Positions 12,001-20,647 of a stretch of 64,000 bases of DNA are shown one piece after another. Within the stretch, counting starts at the first letter, position 1. Each line of letters opens with the position of its first letter. Origin of the DNA: a virus (lineage: Duplodnaviria > Caudoviricetes); the IMG/VR virus record IMGVR_UViG_3300033073_001635, positions 32,001-96,000 of that record. One strand, 5' to 3'. Both the position numbers and the translations under genes were made by a program. The notes under the pieces were generated by a model that saw nothing but the letters and a program-made list of their open reading frames with translations, ran no database searches and had not been told where the DNA came from.

Positions 12001-13116
12001 TTGAATATTGCCGTTTAAACATTGAGCTCCAATTGTAGATGGAAGATTCACTGAAAATTCATACTTGTTTTTGTACACATATGTAAGAGTTCTAAATTCA
12101 TCACCACTTGTTCCAAAAGATTTTAAATAAATAAACCCTTCAGGAATTACATAAGAAGTTTCATTGTCTCCAGCAGCTTCTTGAAAATATTTTGGAAGTT
12201 CTAATCTTTCTTCATATAGTAATGAAGATTGGTCATTTTCAGTAGATTCATGATAACCATAAACATTTTGACCATTTTGATTGTATTTAGCCCAAGGTAA
12301 TTGAACAGTATAAAAACCTTCTGAATCTGCTGAAATGAATTTTAAATTATAAAATTTACCATTAATTTCTGGTTCATTTTTTGGAGTATTTGGGTCAGGA
12401 ATCACATTATAGGTTGCATTTTGTGGAGCAGATATATTTCCAAATCTAATAGGATTGACTTCGTATTCTAAATTAAAAGGCAATTCAGTGGGAGTTTTGG
12501 AAATAATTTTATTTGAATAATAATATTGATAGCCATTAATTGTTATAGGATGTAAATCAATAAACTTGTAATCTCCATCTTCTTCTAAAATTTCAGTACT
12601 GATTTTTAAAGTTTGATATTTACTATCTAAATCAATATCACTTAGATTAAAAATTAATTCATTTGCTTGATTAGTAAGAACTCTATCAGCAACATCTTGA
12701 ATAACTTCACATATAACAGGATACTTTAGATTTATTTCATATAAGCCTTCAGGGAATTCTTCTTTAATAATTTTACTTTCAGATCCTAGAGACAAAGGAT
12801 TTAAATTAGCTGCAGAACCTACAAGTAGAGAGAGGTTTGCAATATCAGTACCTCTTTTTATTTCTGTATTATTTAATTTATCGTTTGTTGTTTTTTGATA
12901 CCCCCAATATTTATTGGAATTAAAAATTACCGAATCAGCTTGTTGCAAATCTGAAGGTGTAGTACTTATGATTCCATTAGAAGAAGCAACTCCAGAAGCA
13001 GTTTGAAGTTGATTTATCTTTCTTTCTAAATAACCAAAAAGAGCATTAAATTTATCAGCTGATGGTCTTTCGCCATCAATGAATCTTGCTAATTTTAAAT
13101 AAGTCAAAGTGCTCAT
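9022..13116 (-). CDS. Putative tail fibre/baseplate-attached protein
   Basis: 1364 aa; N-terminal FIDGERPSADKFN followed by a short coiled coil; HDH...G and YLHRDG motifs resembling fibre proteins; Ser/Asn-rich beta region. Confidence 0.5.
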   Translation of the reverse strand: MSTLTYLKLARFIDGERPSADKFNALFGYLERKINQLQTASGVASSNGIISTTPSDLQQADSVIFNSNKYWGYQKTTNDKLNNTEIKRGTDIANLSLLVGSAANLNPLSLGSESKIIKEEFPEGLYEINLKYPVICEVIQDVADRVLTNQANELIFNLSDIDLDSKYQTLKISTEILEEDGDYKFIDLHPITINGYQYYYSNKIISKTPTELPFNLEYEVNPIRFGNISAPQNATYNVIPDPNTPKNEPEINGKFYNLKFISADSEGFYTVQLPWAKYNQNGQNVYGYHESTENDQSSLLYEERLELPKYFQEAAGDNETSYVIPEGFIYLKSFGTSGDEFRTLTYVYKNKYEFSVNLPSTIGAQCLNGNIQMFVCVVGNDITTSLNDLQIKFIEHDHNASYGERAIDANSLYGFYKYQSEFNKYYVSENKDNIISKYLHRDGYRYQSDVQNQDNKLLGDLLIANSTVLGSSYKLIFGKADLDTTNLLPIVGNTNISSWIAHIYSNLQIVSGSENSNGIRLISNDQTRLASKNRNLFYIKYIDVSASATHSFGSIFISSNYLRDTSFIDQIETESVIHSPEQTTVETNNNYIKLTNTDNSTIHIVNKPLDINDENSQGIYLNGSLKEIKIQSNLGGSVSVQSKEFKIENYNSEEITDSRSVFKNSLDSSFSIGHASTTLNSNNSNRFVEDLSITKADNTNVTKEGRFVYFVQHLVEDNPDYETGNNNWALGNFRYKYLAQDASFFSSTNPNIEQNKEAFQVGIHQRQIFNKTYDYVRDNCLANNLNYFQNCYKQYVDSNGVDHDIINIKSTTGISEIGALLFWDSNRLGRYNKFDWIDQTSVEYKFLRWYKDNPYPTSLEYIFRHFYLHSLYDEEGNAGRNLLYYRTTMHKFLENSDSYTTEQTMQNRQDLCYDKVRILTKMIWRKYWLKDSNNDFSLDFDSIFNSENEAINNANAVLVDQGIVVDMIDGFSNLQLQQELDGEITFERSIKRVCKFYKAKQSHLKDLITHDKYQPQEDDLIKYGSIYVSAKPDTNEERFANIVDFFNKYEEHTFTEDNNIIVFGKGFVNFLQSRNPEANGATSYEPVFDSAYDEENDNNNSTWGLKRRLAIKLVSDKSSDRSIQKKKQVNFFFSDFVSEIPYNNDINAEIQPDYYCLTQGVFTSVPQYMRAISNTLGYHIYFDDYWLYLLRFYSTNDLNSEIKEHFNSFYWNDENRLNDLPNVTNLDLGDVDNLAFYPRSFFTQIQIDFVNSTNNFHFTTLKTVDGYQERIKKNSVFINLVKHRKLANSFYYDDIRRNMGPIQAFYNIEINYLAAKEIVNFYNPVSGESALPKTHDRSIGNMYSIKTNTLNDFTLLSGSTREGV

Positions 13117-13119
13117 ATA

Positions 13120-15237
13120 TTATTGTATCCTTAAACTAATTGCTGAAGTTAAACCTGTTGGTTCAATAGTAATATAATTTGCACCACCTAATCCAGTTGC
13201 AAAATTATATTCATCATTATTACTATTCTTTACTTTAAAACGCAATCCATTAATAAAAGAATCATTTAGAGTTTTAAAACCTTTCATATGTTGAGGTAAA
13301 TCTAAATTAACTTTTATTACATTAGAATAAATTGTATTTCCACTTCCAGGATCTATACATTTAGCTCTAATTCTACAAATCCTATTGAAATAGATTTTAT
13401 ATTTCCAAATCATATCACTAACTAATAAGTTATCATTAAACTGTAATCTATTATTAAGATATGAGATTGGTTGCAAAAGAATAAATCTATCATCTATTTG
13501 TTTATATAACAATCTTTCAACTAAAGGGTATTTGTTTTCATCATTTGTAGAATCAGAATTTAAATTAGCAAAATAAGTATCTGGATCTTGAATTAATTCA
13601 AGCCCATTATATTTAAGAATAGTGAATAAAGTAAAGAAGCTTCCACTAAAATTAAATTTAGAATCATTTATATAAATTTGGTTTGCTTCTATTTGACTTG
13701 GATCTATTGTTATAAACATAAAGCTATCATCGTAAGGAGCGTTTACTTTTGTTTTTGATTCTCCAAAATAATTTGAATTAACACTTATAGTTTTAGCATC
13801 TCCTTCAAATAAAAGATTAATATCTTTATCTACTATTTCAAAAGTAACTAAAATGTCTTTCACTTTGTTTCCTGCAGTATTCAAACAAGTAGCTTGCAAA
13901 TCCAAATAATCACTTCCTAAACACAATGATTCATAAATTTGCGCTTCATTTAATTCTTTATTAGAACATATCAAATCAATTTTGTTTACATGCTTTTCAT
14001 ATGGAGAAATTTGTAAAATGCCATATTGCTTTGAAAGTTTCAATGGATTCAAATCAAGTTCATATTCAATTCTTTTTGCATTATTAATTTCTACATCTAA
14101 TCTAGCTGAATTTACATCATAAAATAAATAAAATTTTTCTAATTCACTAGTATTATTGTATGCATGATAATACTTTACTTGATTTATTTGTTCATTAGAA
14201 TGAATGGCTTCTCCAGAGATTAGAGTTAACTGATTTAAACTATTATTTGTTTTTTCTACATATTTATAAATAGACGTTTGGTTAATCACAATTAAACCTT
14301 CAACATCCCAATCAAAAATATTTTCAAAAAATGTTAAAGATATTAAATTATCAAATTTATCAAAAAATGAATCCTTAATAAAATATTGTTTATTTAAATC
14401 TACAGAAGTCCCAGAAGTAATAATTAATCCTTTTTCAGGCAAAACATAAAAACAATTTCTTTCAATTGGCTCTGCTTCTAAAAAATTATCTACTTTATGC
14501 CAAACTTTAACATCATTACTATAAATATCTATAGAAAATAGTCTTAAACGACTAACATCTATAGGAAAGTAATTTGTGTAAATAAGCCTTTTAGTACCAT
14601 TTCCTTTAAATTTATATTCTCCAAATTGATTTATGAAATCAGCAGTTGGATTTTCAATATCACTGTATTTTCCGCAGCTAAAATTTTTATTTATACTAAT
14701 AGTATTAGTTTCGAAATCATAAGAGTAATTAAAATCTGAATTGCTATCATTTTCAAAATCTATAAATTTAATATTATTAAAATTAGAATCTCTTTTAAAA
14801 ATAGAAACTTCTATTGTTTCAGCTTTTATATCACTTGGCAAAGTATAATTTATCTCAGGCAATAAGACTTTAACAAAAGATTCATCACTATACAGTTTTC
14901 TAGATTTATCAAATAGAGTATAAGTTCCGGTATTTACTATTGGGTAAATTGAATCTTTTTTAAAAGACATATCTTCAAAATTACATTCAGCAATTACTCC
15001 TCCATCCCAATGTTTATCAGAAGTACCTTCTATTAAATTGTAATTAAATCCACCAATAGAAGTAGTAATTTGTTCTCTAATGTTTTCATTACTAGTAAGT
15101 AACGTTCTGTTAGTAATTGCTGATTTTACTTTTTCTTCAATAGAATAAATTCCAGTTAAAGGAAAATACTCTTTTTCTTCATAAACAAAAATATTCAAAG
15201 GAATTGTTTGCTGTACTAAATTCATTACTTGCCCCAA
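13120..15237 (-). CDS. Virion structural protein with an Ig-like (Big_1-type) segment
   Basis: 705 aa; LQATCLNTAGNKVKDILVTFEI...NSNYFGES resembles invasin-type Ig strands. Confidence 0.5.
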   Translation of the reverse strand: MGQVMNLVQQTIPLNIFVYEEKEYFPLTGIYSIEEKVKSAITNRTLLTSNENIREQITTSIGGFNYNLIEGTSDKHWDGGVIAECNFEDMSFKKDSIYPIVNTGTYTLFDKSRKLYSDESFVKVLLPEINYTLPSDIKAETIEVSIFKRDSNFNNIKFIDFENDSNSDFNYSYDFETNTISINKNFSCGKYSDIENPTADFINQFGEYKFKGNGTKRLIYTNYFPIDVSRLRLFSIDIYSNDVKVWHKVDNFLEAEPIERNCFYVLPEKGLIITSGTSVDLNKQYFIKDSFFDKFDNLISLTFFENIFDWDVEGLIVINQTSIYKYVEKTNNSLNQLTLISGEAIHSNEQINQVKYYHAYNNTSELEKFYLFYDVNSARLDVEINNAKRIEYELDLNPLKLSKQYGILQISPYEKHVNKIDLICSNKELNEAQIYESLCLGSDYLDLQATCLNTAGNKVKDILVTFEIVDKDINLLFEGDAKTISVNSNYFGESKTKVNAPYDDSFMFITIDPSQIEANQIYINDSKFNFSGSFFTLFTILKYNGLELIQDPDTYFANLNSDSTNDENKYPLVERLLYKQIDDRFILLQPISYLNNRLQFNDNLLVSDMIWKYKIYFNRICRIRAKCIDPGSGNTIYSNVIKVNLDLPQHMKGFKTLNDSFINGLRFKVKNSNNDEYNFATGLGGANYITIEPTGLTSAISLRIQ

Positions 15238-16094
15238 TAGCTATTTGATAGTTTTAATAATTCATTATAATATTTTGCACCAGTTTGATTAAGTCTTTTA
15301 TGTTCCAAAGTAGAAGAATCATACTTTACTTTATCTAAAACAATTTCATCAAACTGTTTATTTTCATAGTTTATAATTTCAAAAGCATTAAGTTTTAAAA
15401 TTACAGGGTAATTTGAATAAAAATAATTAACTTGTTCAATAGGATCATTGTAATATCTCACTAATGTACTTGTTATATTATCAAAATAATACTTACTATC
15501 ATTATTAAGTTGACTAACAGGAACTTCAATATACTCTTTTTGAGAATTATTAAAAAATAAATCAAAAATATAATCGTCTGGAAGTTTTTGACTATGATAA
15601 TTCATCAAAGGATATGCTTCTTTAAAAATTAAAGTGTCTATTTTTATTATTTTGGAAGTTTGTAAATACTCCCAAGAATTATCAAATTTCATTACTTTAA
15701 TTTTAAATAATTTAAATCCATCTTCTGTTTTTAAAGATTCCATCCAATTAAAAAAATCTATTAAAAATTTAATTTCTTTATATTTAATAGTATAGTCAGC
15801 TTCTGTATTTAAAGAAAGACTAGATTGTCTCCAAACTTGAATATCTAATAAATTAAATTTAATTCTAGGAGGATCATATCTTTCTACAGATTGAGTAATT
15901 TCAAATAAATTTTGCTCAATATTTTTTGTACAAAAACCCAAAGCAGATATAGTATCTCTTTTTTTATTTATAAAATTCATTGCAAGATTTAATCTTTTAA
16001 AAAAAATTTGATTCGTTTCTCCATTTTCTTTCTTTATACCTAAAGAGTAACCTTTTTCAGCAATTGAATTATCTAATTTCATTTTATAGATCAT
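15225..16094 (-). CDS. Hypothetical baseplate-region protein
   Basis: 289-aa ORF coupled to its neighbours. Confidence 0.55.
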   Translation of the reverse strand: MIYKMKLDNSIAEKGYSLGIKKENGETNQIFFKRLNLAMNFINKKRDTISALGFCTKNIEQNLFEITQSVERYDPPRIKFNLLDIQVWRQSSLSLNTEADYTIKYKEIKFLIDFFNWMESLKTEDGFKLFKIKVMKFDNSWEYLQTSKIIKIDTLIFKEAYPLMNYHSQKLPDDYIFDLFFNNSQKEYIEVPVSQLNNDSKYYFDNITSTLVRYYNDPIEQVNYFYSNYPVILKLNAFEIINYENKQFDEIVLDKVKYDSSTLEHKRLNQTGAKYYNELLKLSNSYWGK

Positions 16095-16095
16095 T

Positions 16096-18084
16096 TTATT
16101 CTTCTTTCAAATATCTAAAGACTGAACTTTGTATACTTGTATTTTCTGTTATAAAAGAAACATCAACAGAGTCATACTCTTCAAACATAATCAAACTACT
16201 ATTGTAACTTGATTGATCAAAAACAATGTAATCAAAACTAAGAAAAACAGTGTAAATATTTACACTGTTTTCTGTGTCATTATTTACATAGAAAAACAAT
16301 GAATTATTGACATTGTTAAATTTAATAGAAATCTTTTTATTTTCAAAAAGATTTAAAAAACTCTCTTCTGTATTCAATAATTGATAGCTTTTAAAAGGCG
16401 TATTAGATTCCACCATTACAGAGTGATAATTTAATTCAAAAAATAATTCGTTTTCTATTTCTGCATTTTCTTGTTTCATTAATTCTGATTCAAAAAAACT
16501 TCTTAATTTTTTACTATTATAACTATCTTGTGATAAATATTTAGATTCCATTTCAAAAGCAAGAGAATTACTTAAATCATAATTCATTACATAAAAATCA
16601 TATTGTCCAAGTTCACTAAATAAAACTGGAATTTGAATATCATTTGATAATCTATTTTCTACTAAATGATCTAACGGAATATTATAATTTATAATTTGTT
16701 TCTTCTTGAATATATAAGGAGTTTCAATCCATTCAAATTGTGAATTTAAAAATTCAAATTTAAAATTTGCTTCTCCTAAGTTTTTTAATCCAGGACGTCT
16801 TCTAAAAATCAAAATACAATCATTTCTTTTTGTAAAATGTCTGTCAAATAATTGTAGATAAACTGTTTCATTCAATTTCTTTGTTCTTTGAATAGTATTT
16901 TCAAATTCTAAAGAAGTATATTTTGTTCTATTTATCTCGGGATGTTTAAAATTTGCACGTTGCATATTAAAAAAAGAAAGCAACCCTTTATTGCTTAAAC
17001 TGACTAATAGATCTCTTGTGTAATCTATATCATAAGTAATGATAGTGTGTGTTTCTGGAAGTATTAAATTCTGTTCATAAAATACTCTTTTAACATAATC
17101 CAAAGGATACTCATTGTATTTCGAAATAAACAAGTTTCCATAAGTGTAAAAATAATAACTAAAAATATTATCTTTGATATTAAAAAAAGCATCAGAAAAA
17201 AAACGATCATTTGCAGTTTTTAAATAATATTCTTTATTAACAAGAAGTTCGTTTTCATAAACTTCTTCTACAATTTCATAACAAGGATACTTATGTAATT
17301 CAACAAGACTTTCAAAACCACTTGTTTCAAAAGCAAAACCGCCAAAAGAATCAGTTTCATTATTTTGTTTTAAATCTTTTAAATATAAGAATTTGTTTTT
17401 GCTTCTATAATGAGTCTTTAATCCAATGTAAATTTTTTCTTCAATTGGATTCATGAATTGATCATAACCTCTAAGAGTAACTGATATTTCTCCATTATAG
17501 TTAGATACAGGATTATTTTCGGAATAATAAAAAATTCTTTTATCAGTATCGTATTCTTTATGAACAGTTACATAAATGTATTCGCCATCATAATTAAAGA
17601 AATAATTTAAACTTCTATGTTTGTCAGTAGTACTTAATATTAAAGAATTATTTTCATCAGTAATAAAAGTTTCAGATAATTTTACTCTAGTAGGAGGCAT
17701 ACTAAATAATAAATCAAAAGTATCAGAATTATAACATTGAATAATGTCATTTCCAATTTTCGCAGAAATTGAATTTATTTTAATTTTTTGCCTTGTTCTA
17801 TTTACATTTAAACTATCCAAAAACAATCTAAAATGATTGTCTTTTATAGAATTTAAAATAGAATCAGAATTTAATCTAATCATAAAAAATAAATCAGGTA
17901 ATGTTACTGGATTGTTTAACAATACTTCTTTTTCTTTTTTTGATTTTAATAAAAAATTTATAGGTTCATGCATTTTTGAACCAACTAAATCAAATATTTT
18001 TGCACCAACAGAATTGTCATCATTTCTGATTCTAGAATAATCAGGAAATCTGTTTCTATAAAATTGTCCAAAATAGCTTTTCAT
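16096..18084 (-). CDS. Putative baseplate wedge-associated protein
   Basis: 662 aa; immediately downstream of the J-like gene; N-terminal FPDYSRIR motif; positional inference. Confidence 0.5.
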   Translation of the reverse strand: MKSYFGQFYRNRFPDYSRIRNDDNSVGAKIFDLVGSKMHEPINFLLKSKKEKEVLLNNPVTLPDLFFMIRLNSDSILNSIKDNHFRLFLDSLNVNRTRQKIKINSISAKIGNDIIQCYNSDTFDLLFSMPPTRVKLSETFITDENNSLILSTTDKHRSLNYFFNYDGEYIYVTVHKEYDTDKRIFYYSENNPVSNYNGEISVTLRGYDQFMNPIEEKIYIGLKTHYRSKNKFLYLKDLKQNNETDSFGGFAFETSGFESLVELHKYPCYEIVEEVYENELLVNKEYYLKTANDRFFSDAFFNIKDNIFSYYFYTYGNLFISKYNEYPLDYVKRVFYEQNLILPETHTIITYDIDYTRDLLVSLSNKGLLSFFNMQRANFKHPEINRTKYTSLEFENTIQRTKKLNETVYLQLFDRHFTKRNDCILIFRRRPGLKNLGEANFKFEFLNSQFEWIETPYIFKKKQIINYNIPLDHLVENRLSNDIQIPVLFSELGQYDFYVMNYDLSNSLAFEMESKYLSQDSYNSKKLRSFFESELMKQENAEIENELFFELNYHSVMVESNTPFKSYQLLNTEESFLNLFENKKISIKFNNVNNSLFFYVNNDTENSVNIYTVFLSFDYIVFDQSSYNSSLIMFEEYDSVDVSFITENTSIQSSVFRYLKEE

Positions 18085-18088
18085 TAAA

Positions 18089-19330
18089 TTAATCCTTTAG
18101 TTTAAATTCAAAAGTTATTTTTGCAATGTCTATCATTTCATCGTCTTGTAAAAAGATATCTTCGTTAATATTTATTAAAGAATATTCTTCTATGATATTA
18201 TTGTTTGAAACTTTAGATGCTTGAATAGAGACATTATAATCTTTTGAAACAATCATGGATCTGGTTAAAAAAGAATTTATTGAATTGATTAATGAATTAT
18301 GGAATTCTGATAAGAAGTAACTATTTTCTCCAATTCTTTCATTAAAAAAATTTAAAACGTTTTGTTCAGCAGTACTTCGTATTCTATTTTTTATTTCATC
18401 AGTATAGTCTATTCTTGGTAAACTTAATGTAATTCTAATATTTAAATTCAATCTTCTAGGCTCTATTGCAATAAAACGAAAATTACTTGAATCTTTTGTA
18501 TCTATAATTCCTTGAACTTTTCTAACTAATTCAGCATTTGATTGCTTTGCTTGTCCAAAACAAACTACAGCAGCAGTCCCAACTCCAAAATAAGAATTTA
18601 TTATTTTAATATTAATAATACCTGGTACATTTAAGCTACTAAACAAAATGTTATTGTAATTTGTTGATTTTAAAGAATTCAAATGATTCATAATTCTAAA
18701 TCTAAAATTATCATCAGATTCTGCATCTGAACCATTTAAAATAGGATAAGTATTATTTACTAAAAGAGTATTGTTTTCCGAATCTGAGTAATTTAAAAAA
18801 TCATGATAATTTAAACCTTTATTTAAATTATAACTTTTACCAGAATTAATTGCTGTGGCTGATGCATAACCAGTTATAGAATTAGAAGCTAAAACTACAT
18901 CTTCTGATATTGCATACCTAATGCCACCTATTGAATTTGTACTTCCTGTAGTTGAAAGAATAGTGCCAGCAGGAATCAAAATAGAATTACCATTATTTAT
19001 ATCACCAAAACTAGTTTTACCTCTAGCTACTGTAAAATATATATTAAAGTCACTTGCTCTAACATTAGCTTTTCTTGCAGGATATCTAGTTAAACCATAC
19101 ATAGAATAAGCTAAACTATCAAGTGCTTCTCCTTTAGCATTTAAAGGAGACATTGAATCCAAAACACTATTTAGCTGATTGATATAGTTACCTGACTCCT
19201 GACTAAAAACTTCAGATATAATATTAATTAATGAGTCATTAGTATAACTGCTATTGGAACCAAAAGATTCCATAATTCTAGTTCTTAAGCTAGAAGAATA
19301 TCTAGCAACATCAACATTTTGTATTCTCAT
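18089..19330 (-). CDS. Baseplate J-like wedge protein (P2 gpJ / T4 gp6 family)
   Basis: Hallmark motifs AKGEALDSLA...GLTR..A, IPAGT, A.A...G..YN, NGSDAESDDNFRFRI, LNVPGI. Confidence 0.9.
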   Translation of the reverse strand: MRIQNVDVARYSSSLRTRIMESFGSNSSYTNDSLINIISEVFSQESGNYINQLNSVLDSMSPLNAKGEALDSLAYSMYGLTRYPARKANVRASDFNIYFTVARGKTSFGDINNGNSILIPAGTILSTTGSTNSIGGIRYAISEDVVLASNSITGYASATAINSGKSYNLNKGLNYHDFLNYSDSENNTLLVNNTYPILNGSDAESDDNFRFRIMNHLNSLKSTNYNNILFSSLNVPGIINIKIINSYFGVGTAAVVCFGQAKQSNAELVRKVQGIIDTKDSSNFRFIAIEPRRLNLNIRITLSLPRIDYTDEIKNRIRSTAEQNVLNFFNERIGENSYFLSEFHNSLINSINSFLTRSMIVSKDYNVSIQASKVSNNNIIEEYSLININEDIFLQDDEMIDIAKITFEFKLKD

Positions 19331-19331
19331 T

Positions 19332-19769
19332 CTATCGACCTAATCTTCTTAAAATTCTAGGAGTAACATGATTGTTTTTTGTATCATAAACTATATTTAA
19401 ATAAATAGGTAAATTTTTACTTTGTTCTATAGAGATTAATAAATAAACTTCTGTTTCTAGTATTTCTTGATTTAAAAATTTCAAATTAGTTGAATCTATC
19501 AATCCATCATAAGTTAAGACATTATAAATGTTATACTTTAATGTACTTAATAATTCTTGATTTATATTTTTTCCCAAATAATCTAAAAGATCTGCATTTA
19601 AAATATTATCTCTACTAGGTACTACATAATCAGAATATGTCGTTTGTAATCTTTTAATAATAGTTTGTTTTAATCTACTTAAATTAACATCGTCATTTGT
19701 TTTTGAAATATTTCTATTTTGATCTAAATAGAAATCACAATCTTCAGTATATATTAAATCTCTAATCAT
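19332..19769 (-). CDS. Baseplate wedge / sheath initiator (gp25/gpW-like)
   Basis: 145 aa; LKQTIIKRLQT...ADLLDYLGK pattern; directly upstream of the J-like gene. Confidence 0.75.
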   Translation of the reverse strand: MIRDLIYTEDCDFYLDQNRNISKTNDDVNLSRLKQTIIKRLQTTYSDYVVPSRDNILNADLLDYLGKNINQELLSTLKYNIYNVLTYDGLIDSTNLKFLNQEILETEVYLLISIEQSKNLPIYLNIVYDTKNNHVTPRILRRLGR

Positions 19770-20137
19770 AATATAACTCCTAAAGAACCTAAAGCAGTAC
19801 CAACTTGCACACCTTTTTTTAGCATATCTAAACTAAAAAATGCGCTAGGTGCTTGAGTTACTCCTGGTAGCATTCTATTAAATATAATTGGGTTTTCATA
19901 ATGTAAGGGTCCTTTAATAGAATAGGTACCTAAAGTAATTGATTGTCCCGATGAAGGCTGCATATAGATGCCATTGTCAGACACTTCAATTAAATTTGTT
20001 TTATTCTGACTACCTGCAGTAAGTACAATATTATTCATTTCACATACTAAAGCAGCAGTACAAAATGAATTAAATTGAGCTTTTATTATTTTGTTTTGTG
20101 GCCCTACAAATACATTGCTCATATTAAAGGTCTCCAA
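19766..20137 (-). CDS. Putative baseplate spike-region protein
   Basis: 123 aa, short beta-strand rich, between hub and gp25-like gene; positional inference. Confidence 0.4.
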   Translation of the reverse strand: METFNMSNVFVGPQNKIIKAQFNSFCTAALVCEMNNIVLTAGSQNKTNLIEVSDNGIYMQPSSGQSITLGTYSIKGPLHYENPIIFNRMLPGVTQAPSAFFSLDMLKKGVQVGTALGSLGVIL

Positions 20138-20640
20138 TTGAAGCCAATATTTTCACTAGCTTCTTGATTGTAAAACATTCTATCTTCTTTTCTAGATGAA
20201 TGTCCAAACATATTCCCATAACTAATAGGAACATTTCTATCTTCGTTTTCATAATAAGTTGTTTCATATGGTGGGTCAAAATTAATTACACCACCTTTAA
20301 TAGAAAACTCATCATAACCATTACATTCAATAACAATTCTTCTTCCAATAATATTAAAATCAGATCCATACTGTTGTCTGATTTGATCATAGCTTAAACT
20401 TTTAACTTGTATAGAAATTATTCTTTGTAGTTTTTCTACACCACAAATTACAAAAAAACCACCTTGATCAAACTTTTCATTTGGTAAAAACCTGCTAGAT
20501 GTCTTATTTCCACTAATGATATCAATAATTAAAGCATGTACAAAAACTTTCATATCCTTATTAAAGGAAGCTTTGAATATTTCTGAATGATTAACTGCTT
20601 TATTAAAATTAGATCTAATGCCTTTGATTTTCTGACTCAT
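20119..20640 (-). CDS. Hypothetical baseplate protein (possible spike N-terminal module)
   Basis: 173-aa ORF directly after the hub gene; positional inference. Confidence 0.4.
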   Translation of the reverse strand: MSQKIKGIRSNFNKAVNHSEIFKASFNKDMKVFVHALIIDIISGNKTSSRFLPNEKFDQGGFFVICGVEKLQRIISIQVKSLSYDQIRQQYGSDFNIIGRRIVIECNGYDEFSIKGGVINFDPPYETTYYENEDRNVPISYGNMFGHSSRKEDRMFYNQEASENIGFNWRPLI

Positions 20641-20647
20641 AAAAAAC

